Assembly: GCA_963822585.1 (NCBI GenBank)
Contig: CAWGIE010000023.1
Location: 32,001-96,000, forward strand
DNA length: 64,000 bases
DNA from: an uncultured bacterium
GTDB taxonomy: Bacteria; Auribacterota; Erginobacteria; Erginobacterales; Erginobacteraceae
Direction of reading: 5' to 3'
Part shown: positions 49,088 through 59,029 of the stretch, piece by piece
How positions within the stretch are numbered: the stretch's first letter is position 1
How the letters are laid out: the number at the start of each line of letters is the position of its first letter
The notes under the pieces: generated by a model
Told to the model about the DNA's origin: nothing
What the model saw: only the letters and a program-made list of their open reading frames with translations
Database searches by the model: none
Translations under genes and position numbers: made by a program

Positions 49088-49568
49088 TAAATATTCCTTA
49101 TCCAACCTTTGCTTATTATTATTGTACCACATTTTCAAAACTGATGCCAAGATTGATTGGTCAGCTCTCGTTAACCATCTTACATATAGTAACCCCTGTT
49201 ATTCGGCTACAGCAGACTGTTTTTTCTTAACCGATAGGCCAATAATGTGTTTCTGCTCGCGGTAATGTAATAAATGATAGATATTGGCCAACAAGTAATT
49301 GCCCGGAAGCATAATATGATTATTACTTCATACCACTTACTATCCATGACAACCCCGGCATTTTTCAAAACTAACCTGATTTATGCATAAATCAGATTAA
49401 GGGGCGTTTATCTTGACCATCCCCGGGAGCCTGATATAACATTTAATCATATTTTTCGACGATTCAATAGCGGCATCGCTTCAGCGCTCAATCCCCGACC
49501 GGGCGGTCGATGCCGAAGTTCATGGCACGCCCTCCTAAACAGAGCTAAGAACTCTTACCCTGGCAGAG

Positions 49569-51236
49569 ATGAAAAACCGTTTTGAAATTATAACCCTGGC
49601 AGCGATCCTGATCGCCAGTTTATTGTTTTCCTTCTGGTTATTTCATTACCGCTTTCACGGCTATTATTCCTATCATGGCGATGATGAGGTACGTTCTTTA
49701 ATCGCATATTCCATTTATCGAGGAGATCATTTCCCCCCTGGGAGTCAAATATACAATATTAAGCCCCGGGGCTTTGTCCCACACTGGCTTTGGCTTCCTT
49801 TCCAATTCTGGTTTAACGCCGCTCTGCTCGGAATAATTCGTAATCCGCGCCTGGTTTCATTCATCAGCAATAGCCTGTTTTCCTCGGGTACCGCTATTAT
49901 AATATACCTGCTGACCAAGCTCATCTCCGGAAATCTGAAAGTAGCCGCGGCCGGCGGGATGATCTGGTATATCTCCATCCCTTTTTTTCGAGGACTTAAC
50001 ATTTCCGGCCTGGATTTGCCGATACTTCATTTTTTTGTTCTGGCCGGAGTGTATTGTTGGCTGAGGACCAAATCCTCGTCCCGAGGTGTATTAGCTTTCT
50101 GGCCGGCCGCCGTGTTTTTCCTGGCCGCCAGTATGGTTCGATACGAGGGCTGGTTTTTCGTCGCGGCTTTTGAATTAGCGGTTTGCCTCCATATAATGTT
50201 CAGGAAATCCAAGACGGAATGGCTCAAGGGGTGTCTGATTCTCGCCCTTCCCCTGCTCTTTATCGGGCTCTGGTTGCTGGATCAACGATTGAGGTATGGC
50301 CACCTTCTATTCCTGACGTTTTATCGTCAAGAGGCCATCGACGGCATCCAGCAATTATTCGGCCGTGAGTCATGGCATTATAAGGCTCTTATATATCCCC
50401 GAATAGCTGCTCAAAGTTCCCCATTGATGATACTCCTAACCCCGCTAGCCTTTCTTGCCTGGCCACGTACCGGTCGTTTATTGCTCCGTTATGCCGGGTT
50501 TATCGCCGGTGGTCTGATCATCCTCAGCGCCTCAGCAATTTATGGCGGTGTTCCCTATGCTCCGGAGAGGGTCGCCTATATCATTCTTCTTCTTCTTCTT
50601 CCTCTTGCCGCCACCGGGGCATGGGAACTGGCTGGATTGATAACCAGGTTATTAAAAAAGAAGGCGGTCCCAGCGATCTTCTGGACCCTGTTTTTTGGGG
50701 GTATCGCGGCGTATAATCTGATGGTTACATCCCGTTCTCTTAACAACAGCATGAGCGAGGAAATAAGCCGGATCGGGCATATCCTGGAATGGTCGGTTAA
50801 GCGAGGAGTCATTGCTGGAAACGAGAAAATCGTCTATGAAGAGAGAGTAATGAAGGATGGTGAGAATGGGAGATGGGGAAGATGGGATTCGATTCGTCTG
50901 ACCTTATTCGCTCCCGACCAATTAATCTGCGATCGTTTTCAGAAAATTATCATCAAGAACGGGCTGGAATACACCGATTCCACAAATCTTGACTCCTCTT
51001 TTTTCCGGAAATTATCCGGAGATTCACTCAAAAGCTATCTTGAGGATCATGACATAAAAATGGCTATAATCTGGTCTGAAGAAACCAGATCAAAAATGCG
51101 TGATATATTTATTCCGTACTTCCCCAGCCCCAATTATGCTATTTTTATCGGCCCCGATAAGGCCTGGAGTTTAGAACCCCTCAGGATTTTTTTAAGCCGA
51201 ATGAAGTCATTATCAAAGCCTTCTGGCGATCGATAA
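49569..51236 (+). CDS. Multi-TM GT-C (PMT/ArnT-like) glycosyltransferase
   Basis: GDDEVR loop, HWLWLPFQFW, RYEGW; many TM segments. Confidence 0.65.
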   Translation: MKNRFEIITLAAILIASLLFSFWLFHYRFHGYYSYHGDDEVRSLIAYSIYRGDHFPPGSQIYNIKPRGFVPHWLWLPFQFWFNAALLGIIRNPRLVSFISNSLFSSGTAIIIYLLTKLISGNLKVAAAGGMIWYISIPFFRGLNISGLDLPILHFFVLAGVYCWLRTKSSSRGVLAFWPAAVFFLAASMVRYEGWFFVAAFELAVCLHIMFRKSKTEWLKGCLILALPLLFIGLWLLDQRLRYGHLLFLTFYRQEAIDGIQQLFGRESWHYKALIYPRIAAQSSPLMILLTPLAFLAWPRTGRLLLRYAGFIAGGLIILSASAIYGGVPYAPERVAYIILLLLLPLAATGAWELAGLITRLLKKKAVPAIFWTLFFGGIAAYNLMVTSRSLNNSMSEEISRIGHILEWSVKRGVIAGNEKIVYEERVMKDGENGRWGRWDSIRLTLFAPDQLICDRFQKIIIKNGLEYTDSTNLDSSFFRKLSGDSLKSYLEDHDIKMAIIWSEETRSKMRDIFIPYFPSPNYAIFIGPDKAWSLEPLRIFLSRMKSLSKPSGDR

Positions 51237-51338
51237 CTTCAATGTCGTCTTATTCTACTGACTTGGCTATAACTCGATGGCTATCCATCAATGCCGTTCA
51301 TTGAGCCCCTCTTGTCCTACTCTAGTGGCTAATCCAAA

Positions 51339-54044
51339 ATGAAGACTCACTCATCAACAGAGAAAACACTGATCGTTTTCGGTTCTCCTCCGCTGCCCGC
51401 CGACGTGGTCCGGAAAGTTATAAAAAACCATCCGGCGATCGAATATGACGTCCTCGGTAGCGGTCTTACCGCCAATTATCTGCGTGACGCGGGGCTGGAA
51501 GGTGCTGACGTCATCGGCGAGGGAGGGGATTGGAAGACCAGGCTTTTACTGATCCGGTCCATCAGAAAGAAACGACCGGCAAGCGCCGTCTACATCGGGG
51601 TGATGGCGGACCTGATCGGCCCCCTGACCGCCGCCCTCAGCGGCGCCGGACAGCGGCTGGCGAGCCATCCCTTTGCCCCCGGCACGTCCTCTCCCCGGCC
51701 GATCCGCCTACTGCCGCTGCTGCTCGGAATCGCCGGACGGCTGATACTCTTTCTGGCCGCCGTCCCGGCGTTTTTAATCCTCCGGGTTCTTCTCGCCCGT
51801 TCCGGCATCCGGAGAGGGGAAATCTCCGGGGAATCGATTCCGGCGCCGGTAACGGGAGCCCAATCGCCCCCGGTAAGCCTGGTCGTCCCTAATTTCAACG
51901 GCAGAGAACTCCTCAAACTCTGTATCCCTTCCCTGGAGCGGGCACTGGACGCCTATCCGGGCGGGGGGGAGATCGTCGTGGTCGACGACGCCTCCTCCGA
52001 TGGTTCGGCGGAATGGGTAAAAAAGGCCCACACCTCGGTTCAAGTCATCGCCTTCCCCGAGAACCGGGGTTTCGCCCGGGCTTCGAACCGGGGGATCGCG
52101 GAAGCGAAGAACCGGGTCGTGATCCTGCTCAACAGCGACATCATCGTCGCTCCCGATTTCATCGGGCCGCTGGTCGAGCACCTGCGCGATCCCGATCTCT
52201 TCGCGGTCCAGCCCCGGCTCGACACCTGGAAGGGGGACGGCCTCGACCTGGGCCTGAGCATGGGACACATGGAGAACGGTTACATCCGGATCTGGAACGA
52301 AAAAGAGACGGGCAATCCGCGTTATATTGACTATCCGGCCTCCAATCTCTACGCAGTGGGCGGGGCGATGGCCTTCGATAAAGAGAAATGGGACCGGCTG
52401 GGAGGGTTCGACGAGATTTATTATCCTTTCTGCTGGGAGGACATCGATGTCTCTTACCGGGCATGGAAAAGAGGCTGGAAGGTCCTCTACGAACCGAAGA
52501 GCCGCGTCCGGCACCTCCACTACGGCACCATCTCCCGTTTCTTCGCCCCCGAATACAAACGGGTGATCGAGCAGAAGAACGAGTTGCTTTTCATCTGGAA
52601 AAATATCCATTCCCCCCGGCTCTGGAAGAGCCACCTCGCCAACCTACCCCGGCTCCTGCTCTCGGCGCTGCTGACCGGGAACCTGGCCTTTTACCGGGCT
52701 TTCTGGAAGGCCCTGGCGGAGATCGGTGCCGCCGGCAGGGAGCGAAAACGCGAAATCGGGAGCGGGCGGGTGACGGACGAAGTCGTTTTCAGTCGGTCTC
52801 TTCTCCCCTACCGGAACTGGGTCAAAAGGGGATTCCGGGAAAGAGACCCCGGAGAAAAGCTCCAGGTACTTATAATCACCAATGTCATTCCCTATCCCCC
52901 CAACGACGGGGGGAAGATCCGTCTCTACCAGATACTCAAGAACCTGGGCGGCCGTTATGACATACATTTCGTTTCCTTCTACTATCATGAAAATGAGCTT
53001 CATCAGCTGGACGAGATCCGTGGATTCTGCCGTTACGTCGACGTGGTCCGTTTCATTCCCCGACCCCTGAACCTTTCCCAGAGAATCTTCTGCCCCGAAT
53101 TCTGCCAGAGCTGGATCACCCCCGAGATGGTCAACCTGATCGGCGAAATCGTCAGGACGCGGCCGATCGACCTGGTCCAGATCGATCTGACCCTGATGGC
53201 TTACTGCCAACGACTGGTTGACGATATCCCCACAATCTTTGTCGAACTGGACGCCGGCATCCTGAAGTTCGGCCAGAGCTATAACCCGGCCCGGCGGGGG
53301 TGGAAAAAACCGCTGGAGCTCTATGAATGGCTGAGGATGCTGGAGTTCGAGCTGGATTTCCTGCCCGCTTTTACCAAAGTTATCACGCTGAGCGACGATG
53401 ACGAGAAACTTCTGAAATCGTTTCTCCCCGATCTGGACATCTCGACCGTGACCATGGGCACCGACCTCGATCATTTCCTGGAGCCCTATCGCCCGGTTGA
53501 CAACCACCGGATCCTCTACGTAGGCTCATTGGGTCATTACCCCAACGTGGATGCCGTCCGCTGGTTTGTCTCCGCCATCCTTCCGGAAATCCGCCGGACG
53601 ATCCCCGACGCCACGATGACCATCGTGGGGAGCGGGGATCCCGCCTCGATCGCCGACATGCGGGAGCGGGCCGGTGTGGAATATATCGGGCCGGTCGAGG
53701 ACGTGAGGCCCTACCTGCGCGAGGCAGCCGTCTTCGTCGCCCCGGTGCGCCTCGGATCCGGGATGAAGGGGAAGGTTCTGGAAGCCCTGGCCATGGCCAA
53801 ACCGATGGTCGCCACCTCGGTAGCCGCCGGGGGCATCCCGGTCGTCTCCGGGGAACATCTCATCATCGCCGACGATCCGCAATCGTTCGCCGACGGCGTG
53901 ATCAGGCTCTTCCGGGACCCGGATCTGAGGGAAAAAGTCGCCCGGAACGGCCAGGATCTGGTCAGGGAGAACTTCGGCTGGAAGAAAAAAGCGGACGAGA
54001 TGGATCAAATATACCAACAAATTCTTGCCGAAACGCGCCTTTAA
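51339..54044 (+). CDS. Fused GT2 + GT4 glycosyltransferase
   Basis: VVPNFNG, VVDDASSDGS, LLNSD, WEDIDVSYRAW; then PYPPNDGG, GSGMKGKVLEALA. Confidence 0.92.
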   Translation: MKTHSSTEKTLIVFGSPPLPADVVRKVIKNHPAIEYDVLGSGLTANYLRDAGLEGADVIGEGGDWKTRLLLIRSIRKKRPASAVYIGVMADLIGPLTAALSGAGQRLASHPFAPGTSSPRPIRLLPLLLGIAGRLILFLAAVPAFLILRVLLARSGIRRGEISGESIPAPVTGAQSPPVSLVVPNFNGRELLKLCIPSLERALDAYPGGGEIVVVDDASSDGSAEWVKKAHTSVQVIAFPENRGFARASNRGIAEAKNRVVILLNSDIIVAPDFIGPLVEHLRDPDLFAVQPRLDTWKGDGLDLGLSMGHMENGYIRIWNEKETGNPRYIDYPASNLYAVGGAMAFDKEKWDRLGGFDEIYYPFCWEDIDVSYRAWKRGWKVLYEPKSRVRHLHYGTISRFFAPEYKRVIEQKNELLFIWKNIHSPRLWKSHLANLPRLLLSALLTGNLAFYRAFWKALAEIGAAGRERKREIGSGRVTDEVVFSRSLLPYRNWVKRGFRERDPGEKLQVLIITNVIPYPPNDGGKIRLYQILKNLGGRYDIHFVSFYYHENELHQLDEIRGFCRYVDVVRFIPRPLNLSQRIFCPEFCQSWITPEMVNLIGEIVRTRPIDLVQIDLTLMAYCQRLVDDIPTIFVELDAGILKFGQSYNPARRGWKKPLELYEWLRMLEFELDFLPAFTKVITLSDDDEKLLKSFLPDLDISTVTMGTDLDHFLEPYRPVDNHRILYVGSLGHYPNVDAVRWFVSAILPEIRRTIPDATMTIVGSGDPASIADMRERAGVEYIGPVEDVRPYLREAAVFVAPVRLGSGMKGKVLEALAMAKPMVATSVAAGGIPVVSGEHLIIADDPQSFADGVIRLFRDPDLREKVARNGQDLVRENFGWKKKADEMDQIYQQILAETRL

Positions 54045-54058
54045 CCATCATATTAATT

Positions 54059-54337
54059 CACCACGAAGAACACGAAGGACACGAAGAGATATTGTGGTAT
54101 TTACATTGGAGATTCTCTTCCATTTTGAGTAGGCAAAAACCTGATCAATGTCATTGCGAGAAGCGTTTGCCCCGAAGCAATCTCTGAATAACTACCCAGC
54201 CATATTTTTCTCATGCTCTAAATTAAGGAAAATATCATGAGATTGCTTCGGCCTGCGACCTCGCAATGACGAATTGTTTAGTACTTGTGAAAAATTGGAG
54301 AAAACCGCATTCAATAATCATTTGTGTCCTTCGTGGT
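54059..54337. repeat. Nested palindromic elements: outer 9-nt-periodic IR, inner gtcattgcgag...ctcgcaatgac element
   Basis: caccacgaagaacacgaaggacacgaag ... tgtgtccttcgtggt enclosing gtcattgcgag..gaagcaatctc ... gagattgcttcg..ctcgcaatgac (54150-54270). Confidence 0.75.
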
Positions 54338-54378
54338 TTTAATGGATTTTTTCTATATTTTTTCGCAGAAAACATAAA

Positions 54379-54600
54379 ATGAATGATCGACTGAACAGTT
54401 TAGAAAGAAGAAGCTTGTCGGAGGGGGAAGTGGGCCCGGCGGATGAGGAGCTGGCGCCGCTTTCCAGGGTGCTTCTATCCTATGTGTTACGAATCCTCCT
54501 GCCGGTAATATATGCGTTTACCTACGGCATGGCCTTTGTTTATCTGACGGTGAAGATAAGCCGGCGACTTCTTCAACGGCGCATGCGGAGACACTTTTAA
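54379..54600 (+). CDS. Small membrane hypothetical protein
   Basis: 73 aa, one hydrophobic segment, basic tail. Confidence 0.4.
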   Translation: MNDRLNSLERRSLSEGEVGPADEELAPLSRVLLSYVLRILLPVIYAFTYGMAFVYLTVKISRRLLQRRMRRHF

Positions 54601-54609
54601 CCATGTAAT

Positions 54610-55875
54610 ATGTTCTATGTTCAGAATTCGGTCAGGATAACAGCCATCCCAATTAAACTGATGCTTACTTCATCGACAGGAAAGGCAAGAAAAAATCAGA
54701 TATTGATGATTACCAGTGTCGTCCCCTTCCCCCCCAATGACGGGGGCAAGATCCGGATCTTTGAGATGCTGAAGAATCTGGCCGACCGTTACGATATTCA
54801 TCTCGTCTGTTTTTACCGTGATCGGGCCGAACGGGAACGGCTGGAGGGGATCCGTCCCTTCTGCCGCACCGCCCAGGCAGTGCTTTTTGACTCCCGGCCT
54901 TTGAAGATCTTCGCCCGGGCGCTCCTGCCGCAGTACTGCCAGAACTGGATCAACCCCGCCATGGCGGAAAAGATAATCGAGATCCTGCAATCGGAACCGA
55001 TTGATCTCGTTCAGATCGATTTCACGCTGATGGCCTACTATGGCCGTGTCATCGTGGATATCCCCTCCATCTTCGTGGAACACGATGCCGGTATTTTAAA
55101 GTTCGGTAAGAGCTATAACCCCTCCGGTCGGGGATGGAAGAAACTCCTGGAATTCTATGAATGGATGAGAATGCTGCGCTTCGAGCTCACGCTCCTGCCC
55201 TGCTTCACCCGGGTGGTCACCCTGAATAAAGAGGATGAGAAGCTGCTGAAATCTTTTCTTCCCTCCCTGGACATCTCGACCGTGACCATGGGAACCGACC
55301 TGGAGCAGTTCCTCGATCCGTACCGCGGGGTGGAAAACAAGAAGATGATCTACGTCGGCTCCCTGGATCATTACCCCAACGTGGACGCCGTCAGCTGGTT
55401 TGTTTCCTCCGTGCTCCCCCTGATCCGGGAAACAGAACCGGAGGCGACGCTGATGATCGTCGGCAGCGGCAAATCCGAACGTATCGATGATATCAGAGGG
55501 AAACCGGGGGTTGAATACGTCGGTCCGGTTGAGGACGTGCGGCCCTTCCTGCGGGAGGCGGCCGTCTTCGTCGCCCCGGTCCGGCTCGGGTCGGGGATGA
55601 AGGGGAAGGTCCTGGAAGCGCTGGCCATGGCCAAACCGATGGTCGCCACTTCGGTCGCCGCCGGGGGAATCCCGGTCATCTCCGGCGAGCACCTCATCAT
55701 CGCCGACGACCCGCAATCGTTCGCCGACGGCGTGATCAGGCTTTTCCGGGACGCGTCCCTGAGGGGAAAAGTCGCCCGAAACGGCCAGCAGCTGGTCAGG
55801 GAAAATTTCGGCTGGAAGAAGAAGGCCGATGAGATGGATAAGATCTATCGCGAGATCCTGGCCGATCCGTACTGA
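54610..55875 (+). CDS. GT4 glycosyltransferase, close paralog of the C-terminal half of 51339..54044
   Basis: PFPPNDGGKIR ... GSGMKGKVLEALAMAKP; true start may be 54661. Confidence 0.9.
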   Translation: MFYVQNSVRITAIPIKLMLTSSTGKARKNQILMITSVVPFPPNDGGKIRIFEMLKNLADRYDIHLVCFYRDRAERERLEGIRPFCRTAQAVLFDSRPLKIFARALLPQYCQNWINPAMAEKIIEILQSEPIDLVQIDFTLMAYYGRVIVDIPSIFVEHDAGILKFGKSYNPSGRGWKKLLEFYEWMRMLRFELTLLPCFTRVVTLNKEDEKLLKSFLPSLDISTVTMGTDLEQFLDPYRGVENKKMIYVGSLDHYPNVDAVSWFVSSVLPLIRETEPEATLMIVGSGKSERIDDIRGKPGVEYVGPVEDVRPFLREAAVFVAPVRLGSGMKGKVLEALAMAKPMVATSVAAGGIPVISGEHLIIADDPQSFADGVIRLFRDASLRGKVARNGQQLVRENFGWKKKADEMDKIYREILADPY

Positions 55876-55997
55876 ACCACGAAGGACACGAAGGTCACGA
55901 AGAATTACTAAATATTGTTCTCTTTCAATATTTCTTCGTGTCCTTCGTGTTCTTCGTGGTTTAATTGATTAATGTAGTTTAATGTGACAAAGACATA

Positions 55998-57281
55998 ATG
56001 ACTGATCGGTTAACAAGATTAATGAGAGCAAGCTCGGCGTGGCTGGAAGCGGGTAAAACCACCGGCAGCCCGCGGCCGGATCCGGCCGCCGGGCCGCGGG
56101 AACTCCATCTCGAGCTGACCTACAGCTGCAACCAGAAATGCCTGATGTGCGATATCTGGCCCCGCTACCGGGATAATCCGGAGCTGAAGAAAGAGGAGCT
56201 GACCTTCGAGGAGATCACGTCGCTGGTTGAAAATTCACAACTGCTCCGGGATCTGGAACTGATCCTTTTCTCGGGCGGCGAACCCTTCCTCCGTCCCGAC
56301 CTGGCCCGGCTGGTATCATTTTTTGCCGGGAAATATCCGAATGCTCAACTGGTCATCCTGAGCAACTGCTTCAACCGGGGATTGATTATCGACGCCCTGA
56401 CCACCGTCTTCACTGTCACGCCCCGAGCCCGAATCATGCTCGGCACCTCGCTGGACGGACTGGGCGACAAACATGACTCGGTGCGCGGAGTCACTGGAGC
56501 TTTCGACCGTCTCTGCGAAATACTGGCCGCGATCAAAGAGCGGTTCCCCGGGGTCTCCGTTGAAACCAACTTCACGATCACCCCCACCAATGCCGATCAG
56601 CTCTTTGGCGCCTTTTCGTTCACCCACAAAATGGGGATTGGTTTCACCTCCCAGTTTCCCATCCCCTGGGAGGGGACCGCCGATTTTTCCTGGGAGCCGG
56701 AAAAAGTGGAGAAAGTCGATCGGGACATCAACCGAATCATGCGGGAGATTCATCGTACGGAAGCAGGGCGGCTCGGTCCGGTACCCCCCCATCTGCTGGT
56801 CAGGCTTCATTATCTGAAAGGGATGCTTGATTACGAGAAAAACCCGCGGAGAATCTTCCCCCGCTGCCCGGCTCCCTACCGCTATGCCATGATCAGTCCC
56901 CAGGGAGACCTCTACTTCTGCCCCAAGCTGAAGGAGATGACGGTCGGAAACGTCCGGGAAATTTCCTTCGACCGACTCTGGCTGAGCGAAAAGGCGAAGA
57001 AAATCAGAAAACACATAGACTCCGGAGCCTGCCACTGCTGGCTCAACTGCACCGCCTACATTAATATTGAAAAAGCCCTGGAGCGGGGGCAGCCCGCCGC
57101 CCGAAGATTATTCGTCTTAAGCTTCGAGAGAATATACAGATTCTACCGGCGCGGTCTCGCCAGAATAAGCCATCAGATCCGGGAGGTCCTCCAGCTTGCG
57201 GTGTGCGGACTGGTTTTTCTCTACCTCTGCCCGACAATCGGGGTCACTTACCTTGCCCGGTGGTGGCATTCCTCCCGCTGA
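55998..57281 (+). CDS. Radical SAM protein with SPASM/twitch-like domain
   Basis: CNQKCLMC, SGGEPFLR, SLDG..HD..RG, CPAP..ISPQGDLYFC, CHCWLNC. Confidence 0.9.
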   Translation: MTDRLTRLMRASSAWLEAGKTTGSPRPDPAAGPRELHLELTYSCNQKCLMCDIWPRYRDNPELKKEELTFEEITSLVENSQLLRDLELILFSGGEPFLRPDLARLVSFFAGKYPNAQLVILSNCFNRGLIIDALTTVFTVTPRARIMLGTSLDGLGDKHDSVRGVTGAFDRLCEILAAIKERFPGVSVETNFTITPTNADQLFGAFSFTHKMGIGFTSQFPIPWEGTADFSWEPEKVEKVDRDINRIMREIHRTEAGRLGPVPPHLLVRLHYLKGMLDYEKNPRRIFPRCPAPYRYAMISPQGDLYFCPKLKEMTVGNVREISFDRLWLSEKAKKIRKHIDSGACHCWLNCTAYINIEKALERGQPAARRLFVLSFERIYRFYRRGLARISHQIREVLQLAVCGLVFLYLCPTIGVTYLARWWHSSR

Positions 57282-57287
57282 AAAGAA

Positions 57288-58928
57288 TCACTCCCCCTTT
57301 CTGACCAGGAAAGGATGTCCCGGAGAAACCGGACCGTAGTGGTCCCCGATGTAATCCCGGACGGCGGGTGAGAGCTGTTCGAGATAGGGCCCGGAAATGA
57401 CCAGGGCCGGTGGATGTTCCCGCAGGGCCGCCAGCAGGTCCTCCCCCTTCTCCCTCTCATCCAGCCACATCAGGACCCCCTCGTGCAAGTAGTAGTAATA
57501 ATAGGCGTGGGGCCGGAAGACCCCCAGACCCGTCCAGCCGTCCAGGACCCGATCCTCGGGTCCGGTGATCTCCATCAAGTGACGGAGGGCTCCCAACCAG
57601 TTGCGGTTGTCCGATAGATGATAGCAGGCCAGGGCCATGAACGGTCGCACAAGGATGGCCAGACCGAGAAAGAAGGGGATGACTTTTTTCCATTTCATCT
57701 TTCGGGAAAGGAGCAAATAGAGGGTAATTATAAGAAACATGACTGTCAGAACCATTCCGATGGTGAGATCGCCGAGAGGCAACTCGAATGAATAACGCAC
57801 CGAGAATTTCAGTAAAAGGGGAGGAACGATCCCGGAGATGAGGAGGATTACCCACCCGGCCAGCCGTAGCATCGGCGAACCGTTCATGATTGCGGTATAA
57901 AAGTTCGATAATCCGGAGGCCGCGTAGATCGCCAGCAGCGGTATGAATAACAGGTAATATTCCGGCCAGGAGACGATGATAATCCAGCTCCCGAGCACCG
58001 TAGATAAAGCGGTAACCAGGAGCAAGAAGTGGCCTTCGCCGAAGCCGCGTCTATCCAGACTCTTTTTAATGGCGCCGAAGAAGCCGATAACTCCCCAGAC
58101 GCAGAAGAAGGGGTTAAAAAAAACGAGCGTTTTCAGGTGCCATGGAGGCACCCTTCTCTGCCAGCGGAGTATGGCGAGAATGGTATTCCGCCAGATTTCC
58201 GGGAGTACCCCCTGAAAAAGAAAGTAGGACATGATGATCAGCAGGGGGAAGATACATCCTATTATGAAGGAGAAAAATTGGAGCAGTTTCGTCTTTTGCA
58301 GAGGAGAGCCGCGTATAATCCGATAGATAATCGCCGCCAATATACCGATCATGGGAAAGGCGATTTTCTGGGTACAGAGAAAAGCGGCACCGAGAGTAAC
58401 ACCTCCGAAAAACCAGCGGATTTTCCTCTGATCTTGATAACCTTTCAAAAGAAGATTAAGGGTTATGAGAAAAAGCAGGAGGGCCGGAACATCCGGGCGG
58501 ATCTCCATGGTCCTCCAGAGGAAGATAAAGTTGTAGCTCAGCCATAACGTGGAAATCCAGGCAACAGTTCGATTAAACAGGCGGCGGGCGATTTGGAAAG
58601 TGACGAATAAGATACAGAGGGTAAATATTTGGGAAATGCCCCGGGCGACATAGATGAGCGTCGGAGAGACTCCCAGGAGAAATGAAGGAGCCAGAAAATA
58701 ATAATAAAGAGGCATATGATGCTGGAAGAAATCCCGGCCGGGCACCAACCCCCGGAAGATGGAAAAGGCCGCGTGAAGATGCTCCATCTCATCCGGATCG
58801 GTATAACGAACAAACACAAGGTGCGCACGGAAGATAAAAGTGAGGGCGATAAGTACCAGAGCAACCGCCGCCGCGAGTTTGGCATCGATAGTAAAAAAAT
58901 ATTGCCGATCCGGTACTTTGATAGTCAT
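57288..58928 (-). CDS. Multi-TM GT-C (GT39-like) glycosyltransferase
   Basis: DPDEMEHLH, RDFFQHHMPL, EIRPD, TQK. Confidence 0.72.
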   Translation of the reverse strand: MTIKVPDRQYFFTIDAKLAAAVALVLIALTFIFRAHLVFVRYTDPDEMEHLHAAFSIFRGLVPGRDFFQHHMPLYYYFLAPSFLLGVSPTLIYVARGISQIFTLCILFVTFQIARRLFNRTVAWISTLWLSYNFIFLWRTMEIRPDVPALLLFLITLNLLLKGYQDQRKIRWFFGGVTLGAAFLCTQKIAFPMIGILAAIIYRIIRGSPLQKTKLLQFFSFIIGCIFPLLIIMSYFLFQGVLPEIWRNTILAILRWQRRVPPWHLKTLVFFNPFFCVWGVIGFFGAIKKSLDRRGFGEGHFLLLVTALSTVLGSWIIIVSWPEYYLLFIPLLAIYAASGLSNFYTAIMNGSPMLRLAGWVILLISGIVPPLLLKFSVRYSFELPLGDLTIGMVLTVMFLIITLYLLLSRKMKWKKVIPFFLGLAILVRPFMALACYHLSDNRNWLGALRHLMEITGPEDRVLDGWTGLGVFRPHAYYYYYLHEGVLMWLDEREKGEDLLAALREHPPALVISGPYLEQLSPAVRDYIGDHYGPVSPGHPFLVRKGE

Positions 58929-59029
58929 CTTTTTAAACTAATTCATCCATCGGATCAGTTTTAAATCATGGCCGAGCAGACATCGATCGCAGTGTAATAA
59001 TCCGGATCGTTTATGAAAAATTTTAATTT

